NCBI GenBank assembly: GCA_035221665.1
Contig: CM069144.1
Span: 65,348,001 to 65,412,000 of the forward strand
From: Okamejei kenojei
Taxonomy: Eukaryota
Reading direction: 5' to 3'
DNA: 64,000 nt
Part shown: piece after piece, positions 40,067-51,059 of the stretch
Numbering within the stretch: the stretch's first letter is position 1
Layout: each line of letters opens with the position of its first letter
Translations under genes and position numbers: made by a program
Notes under the pieces: model-generated
What the model was told of the DNA's origin: nothing
Database searches by the model: none
The model's input: the letters and a program-made list of their open reading frames with translations, nothing else

Positions 40067-41015
40067 CAGAGCTGCCAAGTTTTGTCAGAGCATTTCAGTA
40101 TTCTAGTACCTGAAATTCAGTATTTTGCTGAGGAAATCAGTATTTTTACGCGTGCCATTTTGCTGAAAAAAATGTTGTTTTTTACGTGCGGTCATACCCA
40201 TGTCAGAGTACAAGACTGTATAACTTTGCTACCTATTGACACGTCTTCTACGCACCTTACTTGACAGCGTATTCATTGCCATCTCTTTGTGTACTGTTGT
40301 TTGAACGGCTGCTTCCGCTTTTAGCACCAGAAGATGAAGCCATTTTGGAAACCTCCCTCTCCCTCCCTCCTTCCCTCCGACTCTCTTCCTCCCTCTTTTT
40401 CTCCCTCCCTCTTATTCCCTCTCCCCACTCCCTCTTTCTATCCCTCCCCCTCTCTCCTTCCTACCCTCCCCCTCTCTCCTTCCTTTTTTTTCTCCCTCCC
40501 TCTCTACCCCTCTCCCTCTCTCCCCCTTGAGCCCACCCACGGTTCTGTAAAATCAAGGCCAATCCCAATGTAACTGCAATCCCATTGGTAACCTTTCACC
40601 ACTAGGCTTGTCCAGAATTCTACCACTGCCTGAAAAATAATCAAATGCTCAACTTCCACCGTGAAAAAGAATTCCAAAGACTGATTGTTATTCGAGAATT
40701 TTCCTGAACAGTCGCTGACCCATAACGCGATGGTTATAGCGCTATGTTTAAAACCCATAGCGATCCAGCTGGTAGCGCTATATTTAGACCCACAGCGCTT
40801 CGTTTAAATTCCCACGCATTAAACTGACAGCACTCTGTTTAAACCTGGAGCAGGACAGGCAGCGACTCTGGAGAGAAGGAATGGGTGACGTTTCTGGTCG
40901 AGACCCGTCTTTAGACTGAACTGAACTCCGTATTTAAAATCCGTATTTAACACAATCAGTATTCTAATCGCATTCTGTACAAAATACGGAAAATCTGTAC
41001 TACTTGGCAGCTCTG
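40067..41015. mobile_element. MITE with 14-bp perfect TIR and 6-bp TSD (hAT-like)
   Basis: TIR CAGAGCTGCCAAGT / ACTTGGCAGCTCTG; TSD GAAATG at 40061-40066 and 41016-41021. Confidence 0.9.
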
Positions 41016-41540
41016 GAAATGGGAAGTAATGTGATAATGCGCAGGAACGTTGTTTTTTGCGCCAAATGGGACAGCAAACAATGACCTGAATTTTGCTGTT
41101 TTGCCTGCAAGTGTTTCCAAGCTTCTGACTGCCCAGTGTTAACCTTCATATGTGACCACCTGTGAAAATTTCCCAGCTACAATCTTCTAAAGACAATCAT
41201 GCAATTTTCAGCTCCTATATCAGCAAACCAAGGCCAATGAATATTTCCCAATACATACAGTGTTACATGGTTATAATGTAGTCCCCTTTATATGGAGAAA
41301 ACCATATGCCAACTGAATGACTGCTTTGCAGAACACTTCCATTCTCTATGCAAAGGTGACAGAAAGAGTGCAGAGAAAATTTGAGGCTGTTGCCTGGACG
41401 TGAGGGACTGAGCTAAAATGAGAGGTTGGGCAGGCTAGAACTTTCTACGATAATCCTCAACACTGGTGCCCCACAAGGATGTATTCTCAGCCCCCAACTA
41501 TACTCCTTTTACACTCATGACTGTGCATCCAAATATCAAC

Positions 41541-42975
41541 CCAGTCAACATGGATTTGTGCCTGGAAGGTCATGTTTGACAAACCTTCTTGAATTTTTTG
41601 AAGCGGTTACTAGGGAAATTGATGAGGGTAAAGCAGTGGATGTTGTCTATATGGACTTCAGTAAGGCCTTTGACAAGGTTCCCCATGGAAGGTTGGTTAA
41701 GAAGGTTCAATCTTTGGGTGTTAATGTCGGAGTAGCAAGATGGATTCAACAGTGGCTGAATGGGAGATGTCAGAGAGTAATGGTGGATGGCTGTTTGTCA
41801 GGTTGGAAGCCAGTGACCAGTGGGGTGCCTCAGGGAACTGTGTTGGGTCCACTGTTGTTTGTCATGTACATCAATGATCTGGATGATGGGGTGGAAAATT
41901 GGATAAGTAAGTATGCAGATGATACTAAGATAGGTGGTGTTGTGGATAATGAAGTAGATTTTCAAAGTCTACAGAGAGAGATTTGGATTTGGGCCATTTG
42001 GAATAGGACAAATCAAAATGGGTACATGATGGTAGAGATGCATACCTGCAGATTTGGAAGATTTTTTCCATCCCAATTAATTGCTCCGAATTTAAGTGTG
42101 AAGTGCTACCGCCCCGCCACGGTGGCGTTCGGCGTCACTTGCCCCCCCCCCCGCAGGACACTGACGTCAAAACGTGCCCCCGCCCCTTACTGCCGTCAGG
42201 ACGTCAGACTAATAGGATTCCGTCACAAGTTGGCAGGTATGGAATTGAGGAATGCTGTGGAACAGAGGGATCTAGGAATAACTGTGCATAGTTCCCTGAA
42301 GGTGGAATCGCATGTAGATAGGGTGGTAAAGAAAGCCTTTGGTGTGCTGGCCTTTATAAATCAGAGCATTGGATATAGGAGTAGGGAAGTAATGTTAAAA
42401 TTGTACAAGGCATTGGTAAGACCAATTCTGGAGTATGGTGTATACTTTTGGTTGCCTAATTATAGGATGTCAACAAAATAGAGAGAGTACGGAGGAGATT
42501 TACTAGAATGTTGCCTGAGTTCCATCAACTATGTTACAGAGAAAGGTTGAACAGTTAGGTCTTTATTCTTTGGAGCGCAGAAGGTTAAGGGGGGACTTGA
42601 TTGAGGTCTTTAAAATGATGAAAGGGATAGACAGAGTTGACGTGGATAAGCTTTTCCCATTGAGGGTAGGGAAGATTCAAACAAGAGGGCATGACATGAG
42701 AATTAAGGGACAGAAGTTTAGGGGTAACGTGAGGGGGAACCTCTTTACTCAGAGGGTGGTGGCTGTGTGGAGTGAGCTTCCAGCAGAAGTGGTGGAGGCA
42801 GGATCGATTTTAACATTTAAAAGTAAAGCGGATAGGTATATGGACGTGAAGGGAATGGAGGGGTATGGTCTGAGTGCAGATAGATGGGACTAGGGGAAAA
42901 CAAATGGTCGGCACGGACTGGAAGGGCCGAGAGGGCCTGTTTCCGTGCTGTAATTGTTATATGGTTATATGGTTA
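41541..42975 (+). mobile_element. Young CR1 LINE (family A), preceded by a short Rex1 fragment at about 41445-41540
   Basis: ORF 41426..42481 (QHGF, YADD) and ORF 42531..42893; (ATATGGTT)n tail. TGAPQGCILSPQLY at the start is Rex1-type. Confidence 0.93.
42041..42241. mobile_element. Small MITE inside the CR1
   Basis: Termini CATACCTGC / GCAGGTATG; interrupts the CR1 reading frame; TSD imperfect. Confidence 0.55.
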
Positions 42976-43178
42976 ATGACATCCTTCCTCTAGCAGGGTG
43001 ACCAAAACTGATCACAGTCTATTCCAACATCTTATACAACTGCAACATAGCACCCCAACGCCAACACTCAATACCGCAACTGCTGATGGCCAATGTACCA
43101 AAAGATTTCTTGACCAGCCTGTCTATATATTGTGCCATTGTCAGGGGAATATGTACCTATACTCCTTAAGCCCTGTTG

Positions 43179-43694
43179 CAGAGATGCCAACCCTAAATTT
43201 AGTTCACAGTAACATTCAACCCATTTGTCCGTAACAAATGGGGGTAAATGCATTTCTCTCCGTAACATACTACTCACTTGGGGTTGTTGCCGGCGGCTAT
43301 GCGCCTGCGCACTGGTGCAGATCAACGGGCTGCCGGCGGGCGGGTGCGGCACATGCGCACTTGGCAAGGTTGCCGGCGGGTCTGCGCCTGCGCACTGGGT
43401 GGGGGGTGGGGGTGGGGGGGAGGCCCGGTGATGGGGCTGCCGCGAGCGGCCGGCTGGCGGCAAGAAACGTCGCCGTGTCGCTGATCGCGCGGGCCGGCGC
43501 CGCCCGGGCTCTGGGCCGGGCGTGGCTGCGAGCTGCCGGGCTGGCAAACCGGGGGCACATGGCGCCGGAGTTCACCACGGGAGGAACACCGGCGCGGCGG
43601 TGTTCCGTAACAACATGTTTGGCTGCCGGAACACCGTAATATGGTTATTTCGCCGGGACAAAATACGGCGAATCCGGGACACTTGGCACCTCTG
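43179..43694. mobile_element. GC/CpG-rich MITE, copy 1
   Basis: TIR CAGAGATGCCAA / TTGGCACCTCTG; 6-bp TSD CTGTTG; inserted in a degraded minus-strand CR1. Confidence 0.9.
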
Positions 43695-44677
43695 CTGTTG
43701 CACACCACGCAAGGGATCCTACAATTCTCTGTGAAGGTCTTGCCCTGGATTGACTTCCCAAAATGCAACACCTCACACTTATCTGCTTTAAAAAGCAGTC
43801 AGCCATTCCTCAGCCCACTGATCAAGAGCCTGCTGTAATTTTGATAACCATCTTCACTGTCCACAATTCTACCCACCTTATAGAGTAATCTGCTAACTTA
43901 TTAATCATGCCTTCTACATTCACATCCAAATCATTTATATTAACCACAAACAGCAATGAGCCAAGCACTGATCCGAGGCACATCACTCATCACAGGTCTC
44001 CAATCTGAAAAAAACCCACCCTTCCACCTGAAGACGGGTCTCGACCCAAAACGTCACCCATTCCTTCTCTCCAGAGATGCTGGCTGTTCTGCTGAGTTAC
44101 TCCAGCTTTTTGTCTATCTTTGCTTTAAACCCGCATCTGCAGTTCCTTCCTACACCCTTCCACCACCACCCTCTGCCTCCATTAATGAAGCCAATTCTGT
44201 ATCCAGTTTGCTAGTTCCCCTGCAGGCCATGCGGTCTAACCTTCCTGAATGTCAGGTACATGTAATTTATTTTCCCCTCCGATAATTTCAGATTTTATTT
44301 GTCCTTTCCCAAATGTAACTTCCGAAGTCATACATTTTGTTCATCACTAAGCTCTACTTATTAATCTCTCCCAATCTCCATTACAGACCTTCCATTTTGT
44401 TCTTTCTGTCCCCACTACCAATACCCCTCCGTTCATCTACCCCACCTCTCGCTAAAAGGTTCAGTTTAACTTTCCCAGTCATGATGAGAGATCATGGACT
44501 CAAAATATTAACCATCTTTCTTCAAATTCTGCCAGAGGACACAATTTTTAGTCTATAAATATTGCAAGTTATGTTTTTAATGTTTCCTTAATTTATAAGA
44601 CTAAAAGGATAAAAACAAGAAACCATTCACTGGTTCTATAATCAGGACACTTGCAAGCACCCAATTATAATACTTGC

Positions 44678-44770
44678 CTGTGGCGGCGTTGGTGTAGAAC
44701 CCGATCTTCCTCCAGACATGATCTCTTCTGTGATGTCTTTTCCTCCCTGGTTTGGATCCCTTATCCGGAT
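44678..44770 (-). CDS. eif4g1: eIF4G1 coding exon [31 protein letters not shown] (PABP-binding core)
   Basis: cttag|ATCCGG...CCACAG|gcaagt; 93 nt, phase 0 to 0; non-canonical GC donor. Confidence 0.95.
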
Positions 44771-45442
44771 CTAAGAAACAAAATATCCAGAAAATATAGA
44801 ATTCTAGGAAACTTTGCTCAAGAATCTCATCGAGTTAAAGCCATTGACATAACTTTTGCATGTAGGTAATGAGAGAACAAAGTAGATAGTTTTGTATAAG
44901 TTCGATATTCCGAACTTTCGGAATAAAGGCTACTTTATGTACTACTTTTAAGTCTGAGATACCCAAATTCAAAATCTACCTTGCTGGACAGTGCAGGTGT
45001 ACAGCAAATGTCATAACGATTACTATATTTCCAACCCAGATCTGTTAAACAGTTTATTATACCTGTACAACCACTTTCAAGGTGGACAGATTTTTACACA
45101 CTGAGAATTATCGTGGTATGTGTTCGTGCAGGAGTGGCAGAGTTAAAGCATTGTTGCTGAATGGTGCAGTTGGTACTGGGGCTAAATGGTCTAGCCTGCT
45201 TCTATTTCTCATGTTTTTATCCAATGAAAATAAACAAAGTACAAACATGGAAATAATCGCCCAATTGCTGGACGGACTATGAACTGACATGTACTGAAAA
45301 TGTACCGACCTTCAGCTATCGGAGCTACCCTGCCCCTTGCAAAGACACTATCCCTGACTCTCAATTTCTCCATCTCCGCTGCATTTGCTCGAAAGGGAAG
45401 GTTTCCCATTTCAGGAAAGCCGAGATGTCCTCATTTAGTAAA

Positions 45443-46772
45443 GTAGACAAAAATGTTGGAGAAACTCAGTGGGTGAGGCAGCAATTATGGAGGGAAGGAA
45501 ATAGGCGACATTTTGGGTCGAGACCAGGGGTGGGGAACCTGCGACCTTCTAGGCCATTAAGTGTGGCCTTTTGAATGAATCCAAATTTTGTAGATCAAAT
45601 CCTTTTATTTTTATTAATATGTTTTTGTTCGTCTTTTTTTTTAATTTTAATAATAAAATGAACATATTTAAAATACCAGAGTAAAAGATTCAACGAAATA
45701 ATCCTCCTCAAATGTCGACCACAATTAAAACATTAGTAAGTCATGAGGGCTGTTTTAACAAAATAATGTACAGTTTGAAGTATATCTGATTGAAGCATCT
45801 TGGATGCAGCCTTATTAGATTACAGCTAACAATGCGGCCTTCTAACTAGAAAAGGTTCCCCACCCCTGGTCGAGACCCTTCTTCAGACTGATGTGGGGGG
45901 GGGAAACGGGACGGGAAGAAGCAAGGAAGAGGCGGAGACAGTGGGCTGTGGGAGAGCTGGGAAGGGGAGGGGAAAGAAGGAGAAAGCAGGGACTACCTGA
46001 AATTGGAGGTCAATGTTCATACCGCTGGGGTGTAAACTACCCAAGCGCAATATGAGGTGCTGCTCCTCCAATTTACGGTGGGCCTCACTCTGGCCATGAA
46101 GGAGACCCAGGACAGAAAGGTCGGATTCGGAATGGGAGGGGGAGTTGAAGTGCTGAGACACCGGGAGATCAGGTTGGTTATTGCAGTGGAGGTGTTGGGC
46201 AAAGCTATCGCCAAGCCTACGCTTGGTCTCACCGATGTAGAGCAGCGGATGCAATAGATGAGGTTGGAGGAGGTGCAGGTAAACCTCTGCCGCACCTGGA
46301 AAGCTTGGGTCCTTGGATGGAGTAAAGGGGGGAGGTAAAGTGACATGTGTAGCATTTCCTGCGGTTGCAAGGAAAAGTGCCAGGAGAGGGGGGCGGTTTG
46401 GGTGGGAAGGGACAAATTGGCCAGGGAGTTACTGAGGGAGCGTCTCTGCGGAAAGCCGAAAGGGGAGGAGATGAGTGGATGTGACCAGTGGTGGGATCCC
46501 GTTAGAGGTGGCGAAAATGTCGGAGGATTATTTGTTGTATGTGACGGCTGGTATGGTGGAAGATGAGGCCAAGGGGCCCTTGTTACAATTGGGGGGGGGG
46601 GGGGGGGGGGAGAGCAAGAGCAGAGTTATGGGGTAGAGACCCTGGTGAGAGCCTCATCTATAGTAAAAGAGGGGAACCCCCATTCCCTAAAGAATGAGGA
46701 CATCTCCGATGCCCTGGTTTGGAATCCTAAAGAATGAGGACATCTACTATGACCCTAAAGAATGAGGACATC
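45443..46772 (-). mobile_element. Younger Penelope element with GIY-YIG region
   Basis: ORF 45883..46254 LLYIGETKRRLGD...RKLEEQHLILRLG; flanked by TAGTAAA on both sides. Confidence 0.9.
45525..45868. mobile_element. hAT (Charlie-like) MITE, 344 bp
   Basis: 16-bp perfect TIR CAGGGGTGGGGAACCT; 8-bp TSD GTCGAGAC at 45517-45524 and 45869-45876. Confidence 0.93.
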
Positions 46773-49067
46773 TAGTAAATGTGGTTTCCTCCCTGTTGAC
46801 ATAGACAAACCTTCACCCTTAGTTTTGCTCTCAATCCCCCCCCCCCCCCCCCCCCAGATATAGCAAGGGCAGAGTTCCCCTGGTCCTCACCCTTCACCCT
46901 AAGCCTCTGTATTCACCATAATCTGCCCAACATGTCCGTCATCTGCAATGCAATCCCACAACCAGCAACATCTTCCCACCCCTATCCCATTCTGCCTTTC
47001 ACAGAGACCGCTGCCCCTGCAACTCGTTGGTTCAGTCATCCCATCCCACCCAAACTAGATACACTCTCCCCTCCCCCTCCCTCCCACGACAGGACACCTG
47101 TCCCGATACCTCTTCCCTCATCCAGTGTACACCTCCTCTAACCACAACTACTGCACCCGGTGTTCCTGATATGGCCTCCTGTACATTGGCGGGACCAAGT
47201 GTTGACTCAGTAACCATTTCGCTGAACACGTGTGCTTTGTCCATCAAGGCCTACGTGAGCTCCCAGTTGCAAACCATTTTAACTCCCCTTCCCATTCTAA
47301 CACTGACCTTTCTGTCCTGGGCCATACACAAATTGAAGGAACAGCACCTCATATTTTGCTTGTGCAACTTACAACCTAGTGCATGAATTTTGATTTCTTC
47401 AACTGCAAGGAATATTTCCCTCTCTTTTCGTCCCTTCCCCACCCTAGTCTTGCTGTTTTCACTGTTTGTATCCCATCGGTATCACCTCGTTCACAGCCAA
47501 CGTTTATATCCCTTCATTATCTCCACCCTTCCAGAGACATTGATGCAGGGTCTGCTTTGTTCTGTACCTTCCCATACCTCTAGTTTTCCCCTTCCTTAAC
47601 CTCTGTCTGATGTAGGGTCTCGAACAGAAATATCACCTATTCCTATTCTCCAGTGATGAGCATCCGCAGTCCCTTCTTAACATTCCTCCCCTCTCCCCAC
47701 CCCACACACACAATTCACAACTCTTCAATCCTTTTGTCTCCAGGGATAATAGGGATGATGCCAGACCCACTGATACTCTAGCACAGTCTTTATCTGCTGG
47801 TTGAAAAGCTGAACACCAAACAAACCATGAGCAAGTAAGACCGTCCAATGTCAGTAGTCTGCTTTTAACCAAGCTCAGATCAACAATATAACATTAAGCA
47901 CTTCAGTGGCTAACGGTAACACTCTTCGTTTCACTACAAATACTAGAAAAACAAAAAACACCAAAGTAGTTGTTGAAAAAACAAGGAAATGGGATCAGTA
48001 TGGGGTTTACATCAACACAAAAGCAGAAGCCTAAAACATTAGACAGAATTCTATTCCACTTCATAATCCATGGGCATTGAAGGTGACTCATTAATAACAA
48101 AATATTTTTGGTTCAAGGCCCATTATAGGAAAATTCAAATTAATACTTCAGTGCGATATGGAGGAATATTTTGCGAGATCAACTGATGAGGTGCAGTCTT
48201 TCAGATAGAGCCATTAATCAAAGTACATGGTAGATTATATGGTAGTATAAAACAAAACAGCAGTTATGTTCTCTGCTCTTCAGCGGATATGTATTGACAA
48301 GAATTTGCCAGGCAAATAAAAGTGAGTTTTCAATTAAAAAACAGACATCTTGCTCTTATAGGATGTTTTGAAAACAAAGCAATTAATACCAATTAAAACT
48401 GATGTGTTAAATTACAAAAGTTCAAGCTGAATATGCCGCAGATCCTCCATTTGACTCAACAACCTTACTGCAAAAACATAGTATTTACCAAAGCAAGAAT
48501 CTTTTCAAATGACTGGAAATGATTCTCAACCTACCCAGTTCAAAAAAAAGAATCTTCTTAATCCGCAACAGTAAATTGTTTCCAATTCTTTTTTTTTTTA
48601 AATGCACTATTTACTTTCTCACTCATCAATCAAAACTTGCCTTATTCGTATTCTGCATGATAGTCTTTTTTTAGTTCACAACACATCTATTTTTTAGCCA
48701 TAAAATAATGAAAATATTGATTTCTCCAAAATGGAGGCCGAGAGAAAACCTATGTAACGTAGAATGATGAAAGGCATAGACAAGGTAGTCTGCCATAACC
48801 TCCACCCTCCTGGGTAGAAATGTCACATACTAGAACACTCAGAATCAACACAAGCGCGAACATTTGACAGATGCTTGCTACGAGGAGGTTGGGGAGGGGG
48901 AAAATTGGGGTGGGTCGGTTGGCTGGGGTTTGCTGAAACAGACAGTTTTAAGTGGCATTTAGACAGACACATGAACATGCAGGGAGTGGTTGGATAGGAA
49001 GCAGATGGGGTTGATTAATTTGTATCATGGTTAGCATAGGTTTCACGGGTCAATAGTTCCTGTGTTG

Positions 49068-49160
49068 ACAGACAAAATGCTGGAGTAACTCAGTGGGGCA
49101 GGCAGCATCACTGGAGAGAAGGAATGGGTGACGTTTTGGGTCGAGACCCTTCTTCAGACC
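49068..49160 (-). repeat. Penelope terminus with mutated hammerhead
   Basis: Reverse complement reads CTGAAGAAGGGTCTCGACCCAAAACGTC (GAAA changed to AAAA). Confidence 0.75.
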
Positions 49161-49729
49161 GACGTTGTACTGTTTTATGTTCCAAACTACTAGTTACCAT
49201 TGCATCAGATGTCCTAGATGACCAGTGGCATCACCATATCAACTTGCATCTGCAGCAAATCAAGACAAAAGAATGTGAACTGAAAAGGCTGAGAGTGTAA
49301 CTGGCATAAAATTCTGGGCCGCCAACAAAATTGTGGAATCATGTGCACAAATGACAGCTTTATCTGTCTACAGAAGCAGTAGACACTTAAGAGTCATAGA
49401 GCAATACAGTGTGGAAACAGGCCCTTCGGCCCAACTTGCCAAAACCGGCCATCATGTCCCAGCTACACTAGTCCCACCTGCCTGTGTTTGGCCCATATCC
49501 CTCCAAATCTGCCCTATCCATGTCCTTGTCTGTTTCTTAAACATAGGTATTGTCTGGCAGCTTGTTCCATACACCACCCGTTGTGTGGAAAAGAACTTCA
49601 GAACTAATTAAATGCAAGTTCAATGGGAAGTTCCAAAATCATAAAGCTGCCACACAAATTCCAGCTATTGACCAATCTTTAGAGGCCAGACAACCATTAG
49701 ATGAATAGCAGAAAAAGGCTCCCAATCTT

Positions 49730-49851
49730 AAAACAAGTCAATACTATACTAAAACTTAAAGTCAATACTAAGCTAAATAAACTATTTAAAACAAGTCAAT
49801 ACTATACTAAAACTTAAAACAAGTCAATACTAAGCTAAATAAACTATTTAA
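49730..49851. repeat. AT-rich tandem duplication, about 60-bp unit x2 with AAGTCAATACTA sub-repeat
   Basis: Direct inspection. Confidence 0.85.
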
Positions 49852-50066
49852 AGACTTCAAAAACTTAAATTAATTGCAATATTTTCCGAAATACACTAAA
49901 ATTCATATTCATCCATAATCTTGCCTCTCCATCCCTTATCAGCTCCTCAGGTCTTACACACCTTACAGACCTACATTCCTCCAATTCCATCCTTTTAGGT
50001 ACCCCAAATACCTTTAATCCCTATTACCAGCAACAAGAAGCTGATCATCAAATAGGCATCAAGATG

Positions 50067-50634
50067 CATAGATGCCAACCCTAAATTTAGTTCACAGTAA
50101 CATTCAACCCATTTGTCCGTAACAAATGGGGTTAAATGCATTTCTCTCCGTAACATACTCACTTGGAGCACTGGTGCAGATCAGCGGGCTGCCGGCGGGC
50201 GGGTGCGGCACATGCGCACTTGGCAAGGTTGCCGGCGGGTCTGCGCCTGCGCACTGGTGCAGATCAGCGGGCTGCCGGCGGGCGGGTGCGGCACATGCGC
50301 ACTTGGCAAGGTTGCCGGCGGGTCTGCGCCTGCGCCTGCGCACTGGGTGGGGGTGGGGGTGGGGGGGAGGCCCGGTGATGGGGCTGCCGCGAGCGGCCGG
50401 CTGGCGGCAAGAAAGTGCCGCTGATCGCGCGGGCCGGCGCCGCCCGGGCTCTGGGCCGGGCGTGGCTGCGAGCTGCCGGGCTGGCAAACCGGGGGCACAT
50501 GGCGCCGGCGTTCACCACGGGAGGAACACCGGCGCGGCGGTGTTCCGTAACAGCATGTTTGGCTGCCGGAACACCGTAAAAAGGTTATTTCGCCGGGACA
50601 AAATACGGCGAATCCGGGACACTTGGCATCTCTG
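50067..50634. mobile_element. GC/CpG-rich MITE, copy 2, with internal 83-bp tandem duplication
   Basis: TIR CATAGATGCCAA / TTGGCATCTCTG; flanking duplication CAAGATG; nearly identical to 43179-43694. Confidence 0.9.
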
Positions 50635-51059
50635 CAAGATGATGCAGGAGCTACTTTAGAATCAATTACAGCAAGACAGGCTGTGAATGCACATACTGAC
50701 AAAAGCACAAGCACCAATTTTGCACAATACAAAACGGCAATTCTACACAGGTCAAGAGCACAGCAGATTCATGTGGACTTAGCATTGTTGTAATTGACTG
50801 AACAAAATCTAGAACATTAGGGCAGTGTTAATGTGTGGGTATCGCGGGTCGGTGCAGACTCGGTGAGCCAAAGGGGCCTGTTCCCGCCCTGCATCTCTAA
50901 AATTAAAACAGGTCCAGAATCAGTGCAAATTTAAAGTTCAAAGGAAAACAGAAGGGAGAGAGATACAACACGAGTTGACACTATAAAAGGAGACAGTGTA
51001 CAGGTTAGAGATCATATGCAAACTTCCCTGTAAGCAAGACAACATCTCTAGCTCAAAGA

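Larger units (their letters stand above)
45310..47660 (+). mobile_element. Old Penelope element split by a younger Penelope
   Basis: RT-thumb remnant 45310-45442 continues at 46773; GIY-YIG remnant (YIGGTK, KLKEQHLIF) and decayed terminus near 47606. Confidence 0.75.

Noticed and set aside
41426-42481. 351-aa ORF as a novel RT
   Set aside because: Patchwork of Rex1, CR1 and MITE sequence.
49730-49851. Repeat array resembling CRISPR
   Set aside because: Simple tandem duplication with no unique spacers, in a eukaryotic intron.
43068-50732. Multiple overlapping Arg/Ala/Pro-rich ORFs at 43068-43771 and 50104-50732
   Set aside because: Stop-poor frames caused by the GC-rich MITE; no recognisable domain.
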